Assembly: GCA_050012475.1 (NCBI GenBank)
Contig: JBEKHC010000001.1
Coordinates: forward strand, 96,001-160,000
DNA: 64,000 nucleotides
Direction: 5' to 3'
From: Candidatus Velthaea sp.
GTDB lineage: Bacteria; Vulcanimicrobiota; Vulcanimicrobiia; Vulcanimicrobiales; Vulcanimicrobiaceae
Positions 1 through 9,975 of this stretch are shown in pieces (position 1 is the stretch's first letter; each line of letters starts with the position of its first letter). The translations under genes were made by a program, and so were the position numbers. Under the pieces are notes generated by a model. It was not told the origin of the DNA, did not search any database, and was given only the letters and a program-made list of their open reading frames with translations.

Positions 1-220
1 GGCGGGCTGCTTCCGGGCGAGCATTCGTTGCATGCGCGCTCAGGACGACGCCGTCACCGTCGGTGACGTAATCGAAAACGTTGAGCGGATAGACGACGCG
101 CACGAGGTCGGGGACGACGCGGGCCAGGGCGAACGCGACGAAGATCCCGACGAGAACCAAGCGCACCCACTGCGCGCGGTTCAAATAAACCCGGGGCAGG
201 TCGGCTTCGAGATCTTTCAC
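1..220 (-). CDS. Membrane protein, N-terminal fragment running off the window edge
   Basis: Manual translation from GTG at 220: MKDLEADLPRVYLNRAQWVRLVLVGIFVAFALARVVPDLVRVVYPLNVFDYVTDGDG..., open to position 1, one TM segment. Confidence 0.6.
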   Translation of the reverse strand, partial: MKDLEADLPRVYLNRAQWVRLVLVGIFVAFALARVVPDLVRVVYPLNVFDYVTDGDGVVLSAHATNARPEAAR

Positions 221-552
221 GCCCCGGCGTTTTACCCAATCGCCGGCCGTTGCCGGCGTCGCGACGTCGCGGCGTCGGTTTCGCCTTCTTTGCGCACCGC
301 TGCGTAAGCGCTGCGCGCGATAAGCTCGCCGCTGCAGACCTCGTGCTGCGCAAGCGGCTTGCCGCACGTGCCGGCGTTGCTGAGATCGTTGGTCGCAGGG
401 GTCGAGCGCGGCGCGTGATTTGCGGCGCAACTTCTCGCGGAACCGTCGTGAACCGGGTCGTGACTGCCCGCTGCACGGTCGTCTGAAAGAAATGTTCGGA
501 AAATATCAGGTCCGTCAGATGCGCGGCGCTTCCGGGGCGCGAAAGGCAGGGC

Positions 553-2532
553 ATGGATACCATGCCGAGCAGCCTTGAAAGCTGGACGCCGTCCCCCGAG
601 CAGATCGCGGAAGCCAACCTGACCGCGTTTCTCCAAAGGTCGGGGCAGCCCGATTACCACGCGTTGCTTGCCGCCGTCAAGGCCGATGTGCCGGGCTTCT
701 ACGAACGCATCGTGCGGACGCTCGATCTGCGTTGGGACCAGCCCTGGAATACGGTGCTCGACCTGTCGCGCGGCAAGCCGTTCGCGACCTGGTTTCCCGG
801 CGCGCAGTTCAACGCCGCCGCGAATTGCCTCGACCGTCATGTCGACGCCGGACGCGGCGGGGACCGCGCTTTGAGCTGGGAGGGTGAGGACGGCGGGGTC
901 CGGACGTTTACCTTTACCGAATTGCGCGACGCCGTCGCCCGGCTTGCAGGCGCGCTGCGCGCCCTGGGCGTGGGCGAAGGCGACACGGTCGGAATCTTCA
1001 TGCCGCTGTTGCCCGAAACCGCGATCGGCCTGCTCGCGATCGCGTATCTGGGTGCGATCGCTGTTCCGGCCTTCTCGGGCTACGGCCCCGACGCGTTGGC
1101 GTCGCGGCTGGCCGACGCGCGGGCCAAAGTGTTGTTGACCGTCGACGGCGTGAGCCGCCGCGGCAAGGGCGTCGCCACGAAGTCGATCGTCGATGATGCG
1201 CTGCGGAACGCGCCGTCGGTGAAAAGCGTGCTGGTCTTCGACCGCGTCGGGGTCGAGGTTCCCATGCAGAGCGGCCGCGACTTCTCTTGGCGCGAGCGGA
1301 CCGCGGCCGCAACTCCGCTTGCGACCTACGTGCGAACGTCGGCCAACGCCCAAGTCATGCTGCTGTACACATCGGGCTCGACGGGCAAACCCAAAGGCGC
1401 GAACCACGTGCACGCCGGGTTCCCGTTGAAGTGCATGATCGATCAGCACCTGTGCATGGACGTCAAGCCCGGTGACCGGATGTTGTGGTTCACCGACATG
1501 GGCTGGATGATGGGCCCATTTCTGGTTTTTGGCTCACTGGGTCTGGGCGCGTCGATCGTGCTCTACGAGGGGACCCCGGATTATCCGACGCCCGACCGGC
1601 TGTGGAACATCTGCGCCACGCACGGTGTCACGCATCTGGGGATCGCGCCGACGGCGATCCGGTCGCTTATGGCGCACGGCGACGACTATCCGCGCCGCCA
1701 CGATTTGTCCGGGCTGCGCATCCTGGCCAGTTCCGGCGAGCCGTGGAACACCGAACCGTGGAAATGGTTTGCGACAAACGTCGGACGCGGTGTCGCGCCG
1801 ATCATCAATTACTCGGGCGGCACGGAGATCGGCGGCGGCATCATCGGCGCGTTTCCGACGATGCCGCTGGTTCCCAACAGCTTCCACGGCCCGATACCCG
1901 GGATGGTCGCCGACGTGTACGATGTCGCTGGTAAACCCGTTCGCGACGCCGTCGGCGAATTGGTCATCACCGAGCCGTGGCCCGGAATGACGCAGAGCTT
2001 TTGGAACGGCGATCCGAGCTCGCGCGACGACGAACGGTTCATCGCGACGTATTGGAACCGGTTCGAGAACACGTGGGTCCACGGCGACTGGTGCATCGTG
2101 GAGCCGCAAGGCGACGCCGAGTACTGGTTCATTCGCGGACGCAGCGACGATACGATAAACGTCGCCGGCAAACGCGTCGGTCCCGCGGAGTTCGAAAGCG
2201 CCGTCGGTGCGCACCCGAAGGTCAAAGAGGCTGCCGCCATTGCCGTTCCCGACGCGGTGAAGGGCGATGTCGTCGTCGTGCTCGCCGTTTTGCGCCAAGG
2301 CTCGGACGAAAGCGAGGCACTGCGTGCGGAACTCGTCGCGTGCGTCGATCGCGCGATGGGCAAGTCGCTGCGACCCAAGGCCATCCATTTTGTGGACGAT
2401 CTGCCCAAGACGCGCAACCTAAAGGTCATGCGGCGCGTGGCTCGCGCGCGTTATTTGGGCCTCGCGGATCTGGGCGATCTGTCGGCGCTCGAGAACGTCG
2501 CCTCCCTGGACGCGATCGACAAGCGCCGCTGA
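553..2532 (+). CDS. Acetate--CoA ligase-like AMP-binding protein
   Basis: YTSGSTGKPKG AMP-binding motif, GRSDD, LPKTRNLKVMRR, NAAANCLDRH. Confidence 0.9.
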   Translation: MDTMPSSLESWTPSPEQIAEANLTAFLQRSGQPDYHALLAAVKADVPGFYERIVRTLDLRWDQPWNTVLDLSRGKPFATWFPGAQFNAAANCLDRHVDAGRGGDRALSWEGEDGGVRTFTFTELRDAVARLAGALRALGVGEGDTVGIFMPLLPETAIGLLAIAYLGAIAVPAFSGYGPDALASRLADARAKVLLTVDGVSRRGKGVATKSIVDDALRNAPSVKSVLVFDRVGVEVPMQSGRDFSWRERTAAATPLATYVRTSANAQVMLLYTSGSTGKPKGANHVHAGFPLKCMIDQHLCMDVKPGDRMLWFTDMGWMMGPFLVFGSLGLGASIVLYEGTPDYPTPDRLWNICATHGVTHLGIAPTAIRSLMAHGDDYPRRHDLSGLRILASSGEPWNTEPWKWFATNVGRGVAPIINYSGGTEIGGGIIGAFPTMPLVPNSFHGPIPGMVADVYDVAGKPVRDAVGELVITEPWPGMTQSFWNGDPSSRDDERFIATYWNRFENTWVHGDWCIVEPQGDAEYWFIRGRSDDTINVAGKRVGPAEFESAVGAHPKVKEAAAIAVPDAVKGDVVVVLAVLRQGSDESEALRAELVACVDRAMGKSLRPKAIHFVDDLPKTRNLKVMRRVARARYLGLADLGDLSALENVASLDAIDKRR

Positions 2533-2559
2533 AAATCATAAGCAGGGCGCGGTAATATG

Positions 2560-2583
2560 TGGTAAAATACCCCATGATGGGCA
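2560..2583 (+). promoter_or_regulatory. Extended -10 promoter with overlapping 7-2-7 palindromic operator
   Basis: TGgTAAAAT at 2560-2568 followed by TACCCCA-TG-ATGGGCA at 2568-2583, upstream of the LuxR-family gene. Confidence 0.45.
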
Positions 2584-2633
2584 GTTTATTTGTTGCTTCA
2601 TCCGCGCTTTTACGGCTCGAAGAGTAAGGCTAC

Positions 2634-3617
2634 GTGATCGTGGATACTGGGCTTCGACCTCCCACGGATGCGCGCATCCGCGGAACCGTCGCGATGCGTA
2701 TCGTGGGCGAACTCATTACCCGTCTCGCCGGTGGTGAAGGCTGGGAGTTCGCGGCGTTCGACCGCGACGATGAGATCATCGTGACGGGCTCGTCCGGCCA
2801 AGCGACGCCGGACATCGCGTCGTTGCGGGCCGAGGTCCGCTTGCAGCGCTTCGGCGGGACGTCGTTGCCCCACGTGAGCACGGCGCTCTCATCGGAGCAG
2901 CGCCGCTCGCTGTACGTGATCTTCGGTGAATTCGGCGACCGCATCGCGATCTTGCGCATCACTCGCCCCGCCAACGGGAAGCCGTTTGTCGCGCGCGACG
3001 GCGCCGGGATCGAACGTTTCTTCCGCCAGCACGCCGAAGCGATCGCCGCCTCGATCTTCGAGTTCGACAGCGAGCACATCGACCGACTCGCGGTCCGGCG
3101 GGCCGCCCCGATCGCCTTCACGATCGACACCAAAGGAACGCTGGTGTCGACCATCGACGAAGCCGACGGTGAAGGGTCGTCGCTGCGCACGCATCTGATG
3201 CCGCGCAACGGCGAAGTCCCCGTGGTTCTGCGTTCGGTCATCGCCGATCTGCTCGAACGCTATCACGCCGGCGTCGCGCCGAGCGAGCTGGTCAGTATTT
3301 TGCCGTTCGCGCTCGTTCGGCTTGCCCCGCTGCGCTCGCGCTCGCCCCAGGCGGTCCTGCTCGTCACCATTGAGTGGCTGCGCAGCCGAGCGTCGCTCGA
3401 GATCACCGCGGCCCAGTACTCGATCAGTAAGCGCGAATTGCAGGTGCTCAGCGCGATGCTGCGCGGCGCCGCCGTCGCTGAGATTGCGGCCGAGTTGTCG
3501 ATCTCGGAGTCGACGGTCGTCTTCCACCTCAAGCGCATGCTCAAAAAGACACTGTCGAAGAATCGGACCGAACTTGCGGCAAGGATGTTAGGCTACGAAA
3601 TCTCCGCCGTCTCGTAA
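2634..3617 (+). CDS. LuxR/NarL-family HTH transcriptional regulator with unassigned N-terminal sensor region
   Basis: C-terminal ISKRELQVLSAMLRGAAVAEIAAELSISESTVVFHLKRMLKK..NRTEL. Confidence 0.85.
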   Translation: MIVDTGLRPPTDARIRGTVAMRIVGELITRLAGGEGWEFAAFDRDDEIIVTGSSGQATPDIASLRAEVRLQRFGGTSLPHVSTALSSEQRRSLYVIFGEFGDRIAILRITRPANGKPFVARDGAGIERFFRQHAEAIAASIFEFDSEHIDRLAVRRAAPIAFTIDTKGTLVSTIDEADGEGSSLRTHLMPRNGEVPVVLRSVIADLLERYHAGVAPSELVSILPFALVRLAPLRSRSPQAVLLVTIEWLRSRASLEITAAQYSISKRELQVLSAMLRGAAVAEIAAELSISESTVVFHLKRMLKKTLSKNRTELAARMLGYEISAVS

Positions 3618-3886
3618 ATAGGGCGACTTTTCCGCCAGCTCTTCGTTGCACTCGGGTTCGTGTGCCTTAGCACACTTCACCCGAGCGCGCCTCGATCTGA
3701 CGAAAAATTCGCCCTATTTACAACCGGTGGTTGGTGGATTTTTCTACCGGCTCTCTGAGATTTTTCTGCCGGGTTCTGTGGGCTTGGGATCGTGTGCTTT
3801 GCACACTCCCAAGCGCGGTTCGATCTATTCTGCCGGGTCTGTGGGCTTGGGATCGTTTGCGGTGCATACTCCCAGCGCGGGGGTCT
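3614..3886. repeat. REP/MITE-like palindromic repeat cluster
   Basis: 25-bp imperfect inverted repeat (3614-3638 vs 3697-3721) with a nested hairpin, then two ~60-bp direct repeats TTCTGCCGGG..GTGGGCTTGGGATCGT..ACTCCCA. Confidence 0.75.
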
Positions 3887-3991
3887 TGAGATGACGGGCG
3901 ATTTGCCCTGGTGCAGTCGCTTTGGGGGCGGCTGCGTGGGTTTTGCTTGGTGGCTTGGTTGGCTGGTGAGCGGGTTTCTTGCTGATTTGGA

Positions 3992-5821
3992 TTAGATGGC
4001 GACTTCTTCGGGTTCGTGCGCCTGGTCGCGGAACTGTTTGAAGTAGAGTTCGGCGTAGATCCCGTTGCGGGCCAGCAGGGCGGCGTGCGTGCCCGATTCG
4101 ACGATCTTGCCGTGGTCGACGACGAAGATGACGTCGGCGGAGAGAATCGTCGAGAGACGGTGCGCGATGACCAGGCTCGTGCGGCCGGCCATCAACGGAA
4201 CGAGTGCGGCCTGAATGAGCGCTTCGTTGTTGGAGTCCAGCGCGCTGGTGGCTTCGTCGAGGATGAGGATGCGCGGATTCTTGAGCAGCACGCGCGCGAT
4301 GGCCAGCCGCTGGCGTTCACCGCCCGAGAGCTTGTGGCCGCGCTCGCCGACGATCGTTTTGTAGCCGTCGGGCAGCCCGGCGATGAAATCATGGATGTTC
4401 GCGGCGCGCGCCGCGGCCACGACGTCGGCTTCGGAGGCATCGGGCTTCGCGTAACGCAGATTGGCGGCAATCGTGTCGTGGAACAGATACGTTTCTTGCG
4501 TCACGATGCCGACGTTTTCGCGCAGCGACGCCAGCGTCACGTCGCGGACGTCGTGGTTGTCGACGCGCACGACGCCGCTCTGCGGATCGTAGAATCGCGG
4601 CACGAGCTGGGTGATCGTGGTTTTGCCCGCGCCCGAAGGACCGACGAAGGCCGCCATCTGGCCCGGCGCGATGCGGAAGCTGATGCCGTCGAGCGCGGTT
4701 CGGTCCGGCGTGTAGTTGAAACGGACGTCCTCGAACGAAACCTCGCCGCGAACGGCTCCCAGGACGAGCGCCCCCGGTTTCTCCGCGCCTTCGGGCTGCA
4801 TATCGAGATACTCGAAGATTCGCTCGAAGACCGCCAGCGCACTGATGATCTGCACCTGCACGCCGGCCAGCGCCGAAGCCGGGCCGTACAGCCGCGAGAG
4901 GAACGCCACGAACGCCACGATGGTGCCGACCGAGAGCGCGGAGTTGATCGCGAAATAGCCGCCGGCAAGCCAGACGAACGCCGGACCGATGATGACCATT
5001 GCGGCGATCGCGGCCATGAACCAGCGGCCGACCATCGCCAAGCGGATCTCGAGCGCCATCAAGTCGGTGCCGACGTCGAGGAAGCGCTGCTTCTCGAACG
5101 GTTCACGCACGAACGACTTGATCAGCGTAATGCCCGAGATCGAGAGGGTCTCTTGGGTGATCGATTCGATCTCGTCGCGCTTGACCCGGGTCTGCTTGCG
5201 AATATCGTACATGCGCCGTCCGACCGGTCCCAGCGGCAAAATCATCAGCGGGACCACGGCGATCGCCACGAACGCCAAGCGCCAATCGAGCACGAAAATC
5301 GTCACCAGCGTCGTTGCGATCATCGCGATGTTGGTGACGATCGAGACCAGCGTTCCGGTGACGACGTTGTCGATGTTGTCGACGTCGGAACTGACCCGGT
5401 TCATGATCTCGCCGGTTTTGGTGTTGGTGAAGAACGACAGCGGCATCCGGTGCAGATGGGCGACCAGACTCGTGCGAATGTCACGCATGATCCCTTCGCC
5501 CACGAACGAGTTGAGGTAGCCCTGGTACACGCCGATCAGGCCGGCCGCCAAGGCGCTGATGACCATGCCCGCCACGTTGACTGCCACGCCGCCGACGGCG
5601 TGCTGGGGGATCGCGTCGTCGATGAGCCATTTGGTGAACAGCGGCGGGAGCAGCCCGAGGATCGAGCCGGCCAGGATGCACAGCAACACCAGTGCTTCCT
5701 TGCGCCAATACGGAACGAAGAAGGCCCCGATCCGGCGCCATTCGGCTTTGCGCTTGATCTTGGGCTTATCTGGGCTGAACATGTTCGACCACATGAGGTG
5801 GGTCGGAGGGCCGCCTAACAT
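3992..5821 (-). CDS. ABC exporter, fused permease/ATP-binding (MsbA-like)
   Basis: TM domain plus GPSGAGKT, LSGGERQR, LILDEATS; start could be 5782-5821. Confidence 0.93.
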   Translation of the reverse strand: MLGGPPTHLMWSNMFSPDKPKIKRKAEWRRIGAFFVPYWRKEALVLLCILAGSILGLLPPLFTKWLIDDAIPQHAVGGVAVNVAGMVISALAAGLIGVYQGYLNSFVGEGIMRDIRTSLVAHLHRMPLSFFTNTKTGEIMNRVSSDVDNIDNVVTGTLVSIVTNIAMIATTLVTIFVLDWRLAFVAIAVVPLMILPLGPVGRRMYDIRKQTRVKRDEIESITQETLSISGITLIKSFVREPFEKQRFLDVGTDLMALEIRLAMVGRWFMAAIAAMVIIGPAFVWLAGGYFAINSALSVGTIVAFVAFLSRLYGPASALAGVQVQIISALAVFERIFEYLDMQPEGAEKPGALVLGAVRGEVSFEDVRFNYTPDRTALDGISFRIAPGQMAAFVGPSGAGKTTITQLVPRFYDPQSGVVRVDNHDVRDVTLASLRENVGIVTQETYLFHDTIAANLRYAKPDASEADVVAAARAANIHDFIAGLPDGYKTIVGERGHKLSGGERQRLAIARVLLKNPRILILDEATSALDSNNEALIQAALVPLMAGRTSLVIAHRLSTILSADVIFVVDHGKIVESGTHAALLARNGIYAELYFKQFRDQAHEPEEVAI

Positions 5822-5883
5822 CTCTGCTTACGACACCGGCGACGAGGTGGGGGTTCCCGCTCGGTTGGGGGGATGATAGGCCA

Positions 5884-7008
5884 ATGATCCAGAGTTTGCT
5901 TCGCCACGATCTGACGCAGGCGCAGCATGACGGTTTGCTCGCGGTGATCATCATCGTCTTGGCGCTGGCGGTGGGCATCGTCGTGCATCGCGTCGCGTTC
6001 GGAATTCTGACCAGGCTGGCAAGCAAGCGCGAACTGACCTTTGGGATGATCGTCCGCCGCTTGAACCGGCCGGCAGCCTACATCCTCCCGTTGCTTGCGG
6101 TGCTGGCGATCGTCCCGGCGTTACAGCTGCCGGCCGCTTGGGTCAGCCGCGTCGAACACCTCACCGTCATTCTCACGATTGCAACTGCGGCGTGGGGAAT
6201 GGTCGCGCTGGTCATGCTGGGCGCCGACTACACGAAGGGCTATGGGGGCAAGCCCAGAGAGGACGACCTGCGCTTCCGCCAGATCGAGACCCGGGTCAAC
6301 ATTCTCAGCCGCGTCGCGGTCACGATCGTGGTGATCGTCGCGACCGCGACCTCGCTGATGACGTTTCCGGCCGTGCGCGCAATCGGCGCGACGCTGCTGG
6401 CGTCAGCCGGTCTGGCCGGTTTGGCCGTCGGCCTGGCGACGCGGCCGCTGCTCGAAAATCTCGTCGCTGGGATCCAGATCGCGCTGACCCAGCCGATTCG
6501 GATCGACGACGTGGTGATCGTCGAGAAAGAGTTCGGCCGGGTCGAGGAGATCACATCGACCTACGTCGTGGTCGCGCTGTGGGACCGGCGCCGGATGATC
6601 CTGCCGCTTACCTATTTCATCGACAAGCCGTTCGAGACGTGGACGCGGCATACCACGGATTTGATCGGCGTCGTGATGCTCTACACCGACTACACGATGC
6701 CCGTCGACGCCTTGCGCAGCGAACTCGATCGCGTGCTGGTAGAAACGCCGCTGTGGGACGGCGACGTCAAAGCCGTGCAAGTCACCGACACCAACATGCA
6801 CGGCATCGAAGTTCGCATTTTGGTCAGCGCGCGCAACGCTCCGACGCTCTTCGATCTGCGCTGCTTCGTGCGCGAGAAGCTCATCGCGTTCGTTGGAGAA
6901 CGCTATCCGTCGGCGTTGCCCGCGATGCGCATCGAAGCGCCGGCGCTCATGGAGCGGGCGAAAGACGCTCGCGCCATCGCCGAAGCTCTCGGGCGGCCTG
7001 GCGCTTAG
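5884..7008 (+). CDS. MscS-family mechanosensitive channel
   Basis: TM helices, LENLVAGIQIALTQPIRIDD, GRVEEIT. Confidence 0.9.
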   Translation: MIQSLLRHDLTQAQHDGLLAVIIIVLALAVGIVVHRVAFGILTRLASKRELTFGMIVRRLNRPAAYILPLLAVLAIVPALQLPAAWVSRVEHLTVILTIATAAWGMVALVMLGADYTKGYGGKPREDDLRFRQIETRVNILSRVAVTIVVIVATATSLMTFPAVRAIGATLLASAGLAGLAVGLATRPLLENLVAGIQIALTQPIRIDDVVIVEKEFGRVEEITSTYVVVALWDRRRMILPLTYFIDKPFETWTRHTTDLIGVVMLYTDYTMPVDALRSELDRVLVETPLWDGDVKAVQVTDTNMHGIEVRILVSARNAPTLFDLRCFVREKLIAFVGERYPSALPAMRIEAPALMERAKDARAIAEALGRPGA

Positions 7009-7199
7009 GGCACCGTCCGGCGGGTAACGACCTCGACGATGTTTTGAATGCCGATCTGGAAGTAGTTCTTCGAGCTGTCGGGCGGATGCATCGATCCGCC
7101 GACGATGAGGCTCACCAGGACGATCGCGGCGCAGACGATCGGCATCGCGACGGTATTCCAAACGCTGGGCTGCGGTGCGCTTTTCCGTTCGCCGGTCAT
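7005..7199 (-). CDS. Small single-TM hypothetical protein
   Basis: MTGERKSAPQPSVWNTVAMPIVCAAIVLVSLIVGG..., hydrophobic segment. Confidence 0.5.
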   Translation of the reverse strand: MTGERKSAPQPSVWNTVAMPIVCAAIVLVSLIVGGSMHPPDSSKNYFQIGIQNIVEVVTRRTVP

Positions 7200-7266
7200 T
7201 CGGCGATGTTCGCTGACGGCGCGGTCGCATCCGCCCGGTGTCATCGCTCGATCGCCGCGTGCCGTG

Positions 7267-8172
7267 CTATTGCGGTGTTTTGGGCAAGCGCGCGACAAAG
7301 CGCGTCGTGTCTTCGAGGACGAGCGTTCCGCCGTGACGCCGGGCGATATGCCGGGCGATCGCGAGCCCCAGACCGCTGCCCGGGCCGTTCGGATCGGCTT
7401 TGAAAAAGCGCTCGAAGATGCGCTCGCGATCGGCCGGGTCGACGCCGGGACCGTCGTCGTCGACGCACAGCACGATCCAGCGCGTGTCGGCGCTGACGGT
7501 GACGCGCACGCGGGTGCGCGCATGGCGCAACGCGTTGTCGACGAGATTCTTGGTGAGCTGGCGCAGTGCGCGCGGTTCGCCGGTCGCGTACGCGCCCTCC
7601 GGCGGCGCCGCGAAGGTGACCTCGAGCGATCCCGGACGGTCGTTCGGGTCGCGCAGCACGGTCCGTGCCAGCGCGGCGACGTCGACGGGTTCGTGCAGCC
7701 GCCCTTCGTCCGGCGCCTCGCGGACGAGCGTCATCAGATCGGCGAGCAGCGCGGACGCCTCGAGCGCGACGTTCGCTATTTGTTGGAGCGCGCGCGACTG
7801 CGGGCTTTCGTCGAGCGGTGCCGCCTGCGCGACCGCCGCGATCGTCGCGAGCGGCGTTCGCAATTCGTGCGCCGCGTCGGCGGCGAAGCGTTCTTCGCGA
7901 GCGCGGGCGCGAACGAGGGGCTGGACCGAAACCCGGGCGAGGACGTAAGCCGCGATGCCCACGATGGCCGCCAACGGGAGATCGGCCAGCACGATCGTTT
8001 GCGCGGCGCGGCGCATCGTCGCGCCATAGGCGGCCTGGCCTTCGGGCAGTCCCAACAGCGGTTCGAGCGTCTCGTGGGCGGAGCGTGCAAAGAAAAGATA
8101 CGCGCCGGCGCTCAATGCTGCGAGCACGATCAGAAAGACGGCCAGATATGACGCGGTCAGTCGCGCGACTAC
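7267..8172 (-). CDS. Sensor histidine kinase (start uncertain: GTA 8172, ATT 8181 or GTG 8127)
   Basis: AAHELRTPL H-box, NLVDNALRH, DDGPG, GSGLGLAIA; two TM helices. Confidence 0.9.
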   Translation of the reverse strand, partial: VVARLTASYLAVFLIVLAALSAGAYLFFARSAHETLEPLLGLPEGQAAYGATMRRAAQTIVLADLPLAAIVGIAAYVLARVSVQPLVRARAREERFAADAAHELRTPLATIAAVAQAAPLDESPQSRALQQIANVALEASALLADLMTLVREAPDEGRLHEPVDVAALARTVLRDPNDRPGSLEVTFAAPPEGAYATGEPRALRQLTKNLVDNALRHARTRVRVTVSADTRWIVLCVDDDGPGVDPADRERIFERFFKADPNGPGSGLGLAIARHIARRHGGTLVLEDTTRFVARLPKTPQ

Positions 8173-8837
8173 TCGATTAATTTATACCCGATCCCCCAGA
8201 CGGTGACGATCCGCTTGCGAACTCCGGCGGCGGCGAGCTTGCGGCGGATCGCGCTCATGTACACGTCGACGATATTGCTTTGACCGTCGAAGGCGTCGCC
8301 CCACACGCGTTCGAGGATTTGCTCGCGCGAAACCGCCAGGTTGAGGTTGATCGCCAGATATTCCAACACGCGAAACTCCGTGGCCGCGAGCGTCACCGGC
8401 TTGCCCTTGTACGTGACGGTCCGGCCGCCTTGATCGATGACGAGGTCGCCCGCTGTCAGGGTTGCGTGCAGCGGCAGCCGCCCGCGGCGCAAGAGCGCGC
8501 GCAGCCGCGCCGCGAGTTCTTCCTCGACGAACGGCTTGACCAGATAGTCGTCAGCGCCCGCGTCCAGGCCGCGCACGCGATCCTCGACCGCGTCGCGTGC
8601 CGTGAGGATCAGGACCGGGGTCTGCACGCCGTGGTCGCGCGCGGCGCGGCAGATGGCGAACCCGTCGCGCCCGGGCAAGACGAGATCGACGACGGCGGCA
8701 TCATAACTTGCATCCAGAAGCGCGTCGAGCCCGCTGTCGCCGTCGGCGGCGACGTCCACGCCGAACTTGCGCCGTTCGAGCATCGTGCGTACGGCTGCGG
8801 CGATTTGGGCGTTGTCCTCGACGACCAGGATGCGCAC
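8169..8837 (-). CDS. OmpR/PhoB-family response regulator
   Basis: MRILVVED, GLDAGADDYLVKPF, winged helix ..VDVYMSAIRRKL..TVWGIGY. Confidence 0.95.
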   Translation of the reverse strand: MRILVVEDNAQIAAAVRTMLERRKFGVDVAADGDSGLDALLDASYDAAVVDLVLPGRDGFAICRAARDHGVQTPVLILTARDAVEDRVRGLDAGADDYLVKPFVEEELAARLRALLRRGRLPLHATLTAGDLVIDQGGRTVTYKGKPVTLAATEFRVLEYLAINLNLAVSREQILERVWGDAFDGQSNIVDVYMSAIRRKLAAAGVRKRIVTVWGIGYKLIE

Positions 8838-8840
8838 GCG

Positions 8841-9974
8841 TCACTCCTTCGCCGGCCACGGGAAGCCGACCGTCAGCGCGCCTTCGAGGGTGGAGGTGCC
8901 GTTTTGAACGCGTTTGTTTTCAAGCAGCAGCCGGGCGTGCCGGCCGACCTGCGTCGCGGCATAGACGACGACGTCGCGCACGGCCGTCGGGGCCGCTGCG
9001 GCGTCGTAGCGCAGGCCGGCATAGGCGTGGTCGCCCAGCGCGTAGCGCAAGCGCAGGAAGCCGCCGCTCGAGCCGGCCTGCTCGCCGAAGCCGTCATCGT
9101 CGCCGTCGCGGCCCCACCACTGCTGACCCAGTAGGCTCCAGCGCTTGACGTGCAGGTCGGCCCCCAGCGCGCTGCGCCGGTAGTTGTCGACGAAGATCGC
9201 CCGGCCGGTGGGCGCGATGGCCCGCGCGCCGACGAGCAGATCGCCGCTGAAGGTAAGCCACGGCGTGGCTGCCGTGCGATCGAAAAGTCCGAACTCCGGC
9301 CGGTCGGGCCGCGTCGTGATCCCCGTATCGAGCGGTCGCCCGCCGTACGCGGCGCCTTTGAATTCGGCAACGGCGAGGGTGGCGGCAAGACGTGAGCTGC
9401 CGGCTTGCCGTTCGACCTCGAGACCCCAGCGCGGCTGGGCAAGGGTGAGATCGTCGAGTCCGACGTGTGTTTGTTCGTAGCCGTAGGGCGCGAGATCGTC
9501 GAGTCGCTGGCCCGGCGAATGGATCAACGGCAGCTCGAACAGACCGAATCGATACAGCATCTGCGTCGCTTCGTTGTACGTCGATAGATACGCCAAGTAG
9601 GTTCCCGACGGGCCGCCTTGCGCGCCGAGATTGTAGTGCAGAAACGCGGTGATCTTGCCAACGTCGGCATTCGAAAGCAAGACGCCGCCGGGCACGAAAC
9701 GTGCCGCGTTCGGCGCGGGATCCTTGTCGTATTCCAGCTGGTAGCGCAGCGCCACGAGCGTGGTCCCGTGCTTGGGAAGCGGCAGCCGATAACCGTGATT
9801 GCGGAAGAAGTTGCCGAACGCGTTGAGTTCGGGCAGGACCGAGTGACAAGCGCCGCATTGCAGACCGTAACGCTGAGCGAAGATCGGTATCGCTTGCGCC
9901 GGCTGCGTCCGCAGCGAGAACAGCATGCAGCACGCGGCCGCACTTGCCAGCGCCGCGCGCGCTAACAGCGTCAC
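8841..9974 (-). CDS. Putative outer-membrane beta-barrel protein with N-terminal CXXCH motif
   Basis: Signal peptide ending AQA, IPIFAQRYGLQCGACH..LNAFG..F..HGY, alternating beta-strand pattern; GTG start right after the cupredoxin stop. Confidence 0.7.
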   Translation of the reverse strand: MTLLARAALASAAACCMLFSLRTQPAQAIPIFAQRYGLQCGACHSVLPELNAFGNFFRNHGYRLPLPKHGTTLVALRYQLEYDKDPAPNAARFVPGGVLLSNADVGKITAFLHYNLGAQGGPSGTYLAYLSTYNEATQMLYRFGLFELPLIHSPGQRLDDLAPYGYEQTHVGLDDLTLAQPRWGLEVERQAGSSRLAATLAVAEFKGAAYGGRPLDTGITTRPDRPEFGLFDRTAATPWLTFSGDLLVGARAIAPTGRAIFVDNYRRSALGADLHVKRWSLLGQQWWGRDGDDDGFGEQAGSSGGFLRLRYALGDHAYAGLRYDAAAAPTAVRDVVVYAATQVGRHARLLLENKRVQNGTSTLEGALTVGFPWPAKE

Positions 9975-9975
9975 C

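Noticed and set aside
250..486. 78-aa ORF upstream of the CoA ligase
   Set aside because: Arg/Ala-rich with no motif or RBS; probably intergenic
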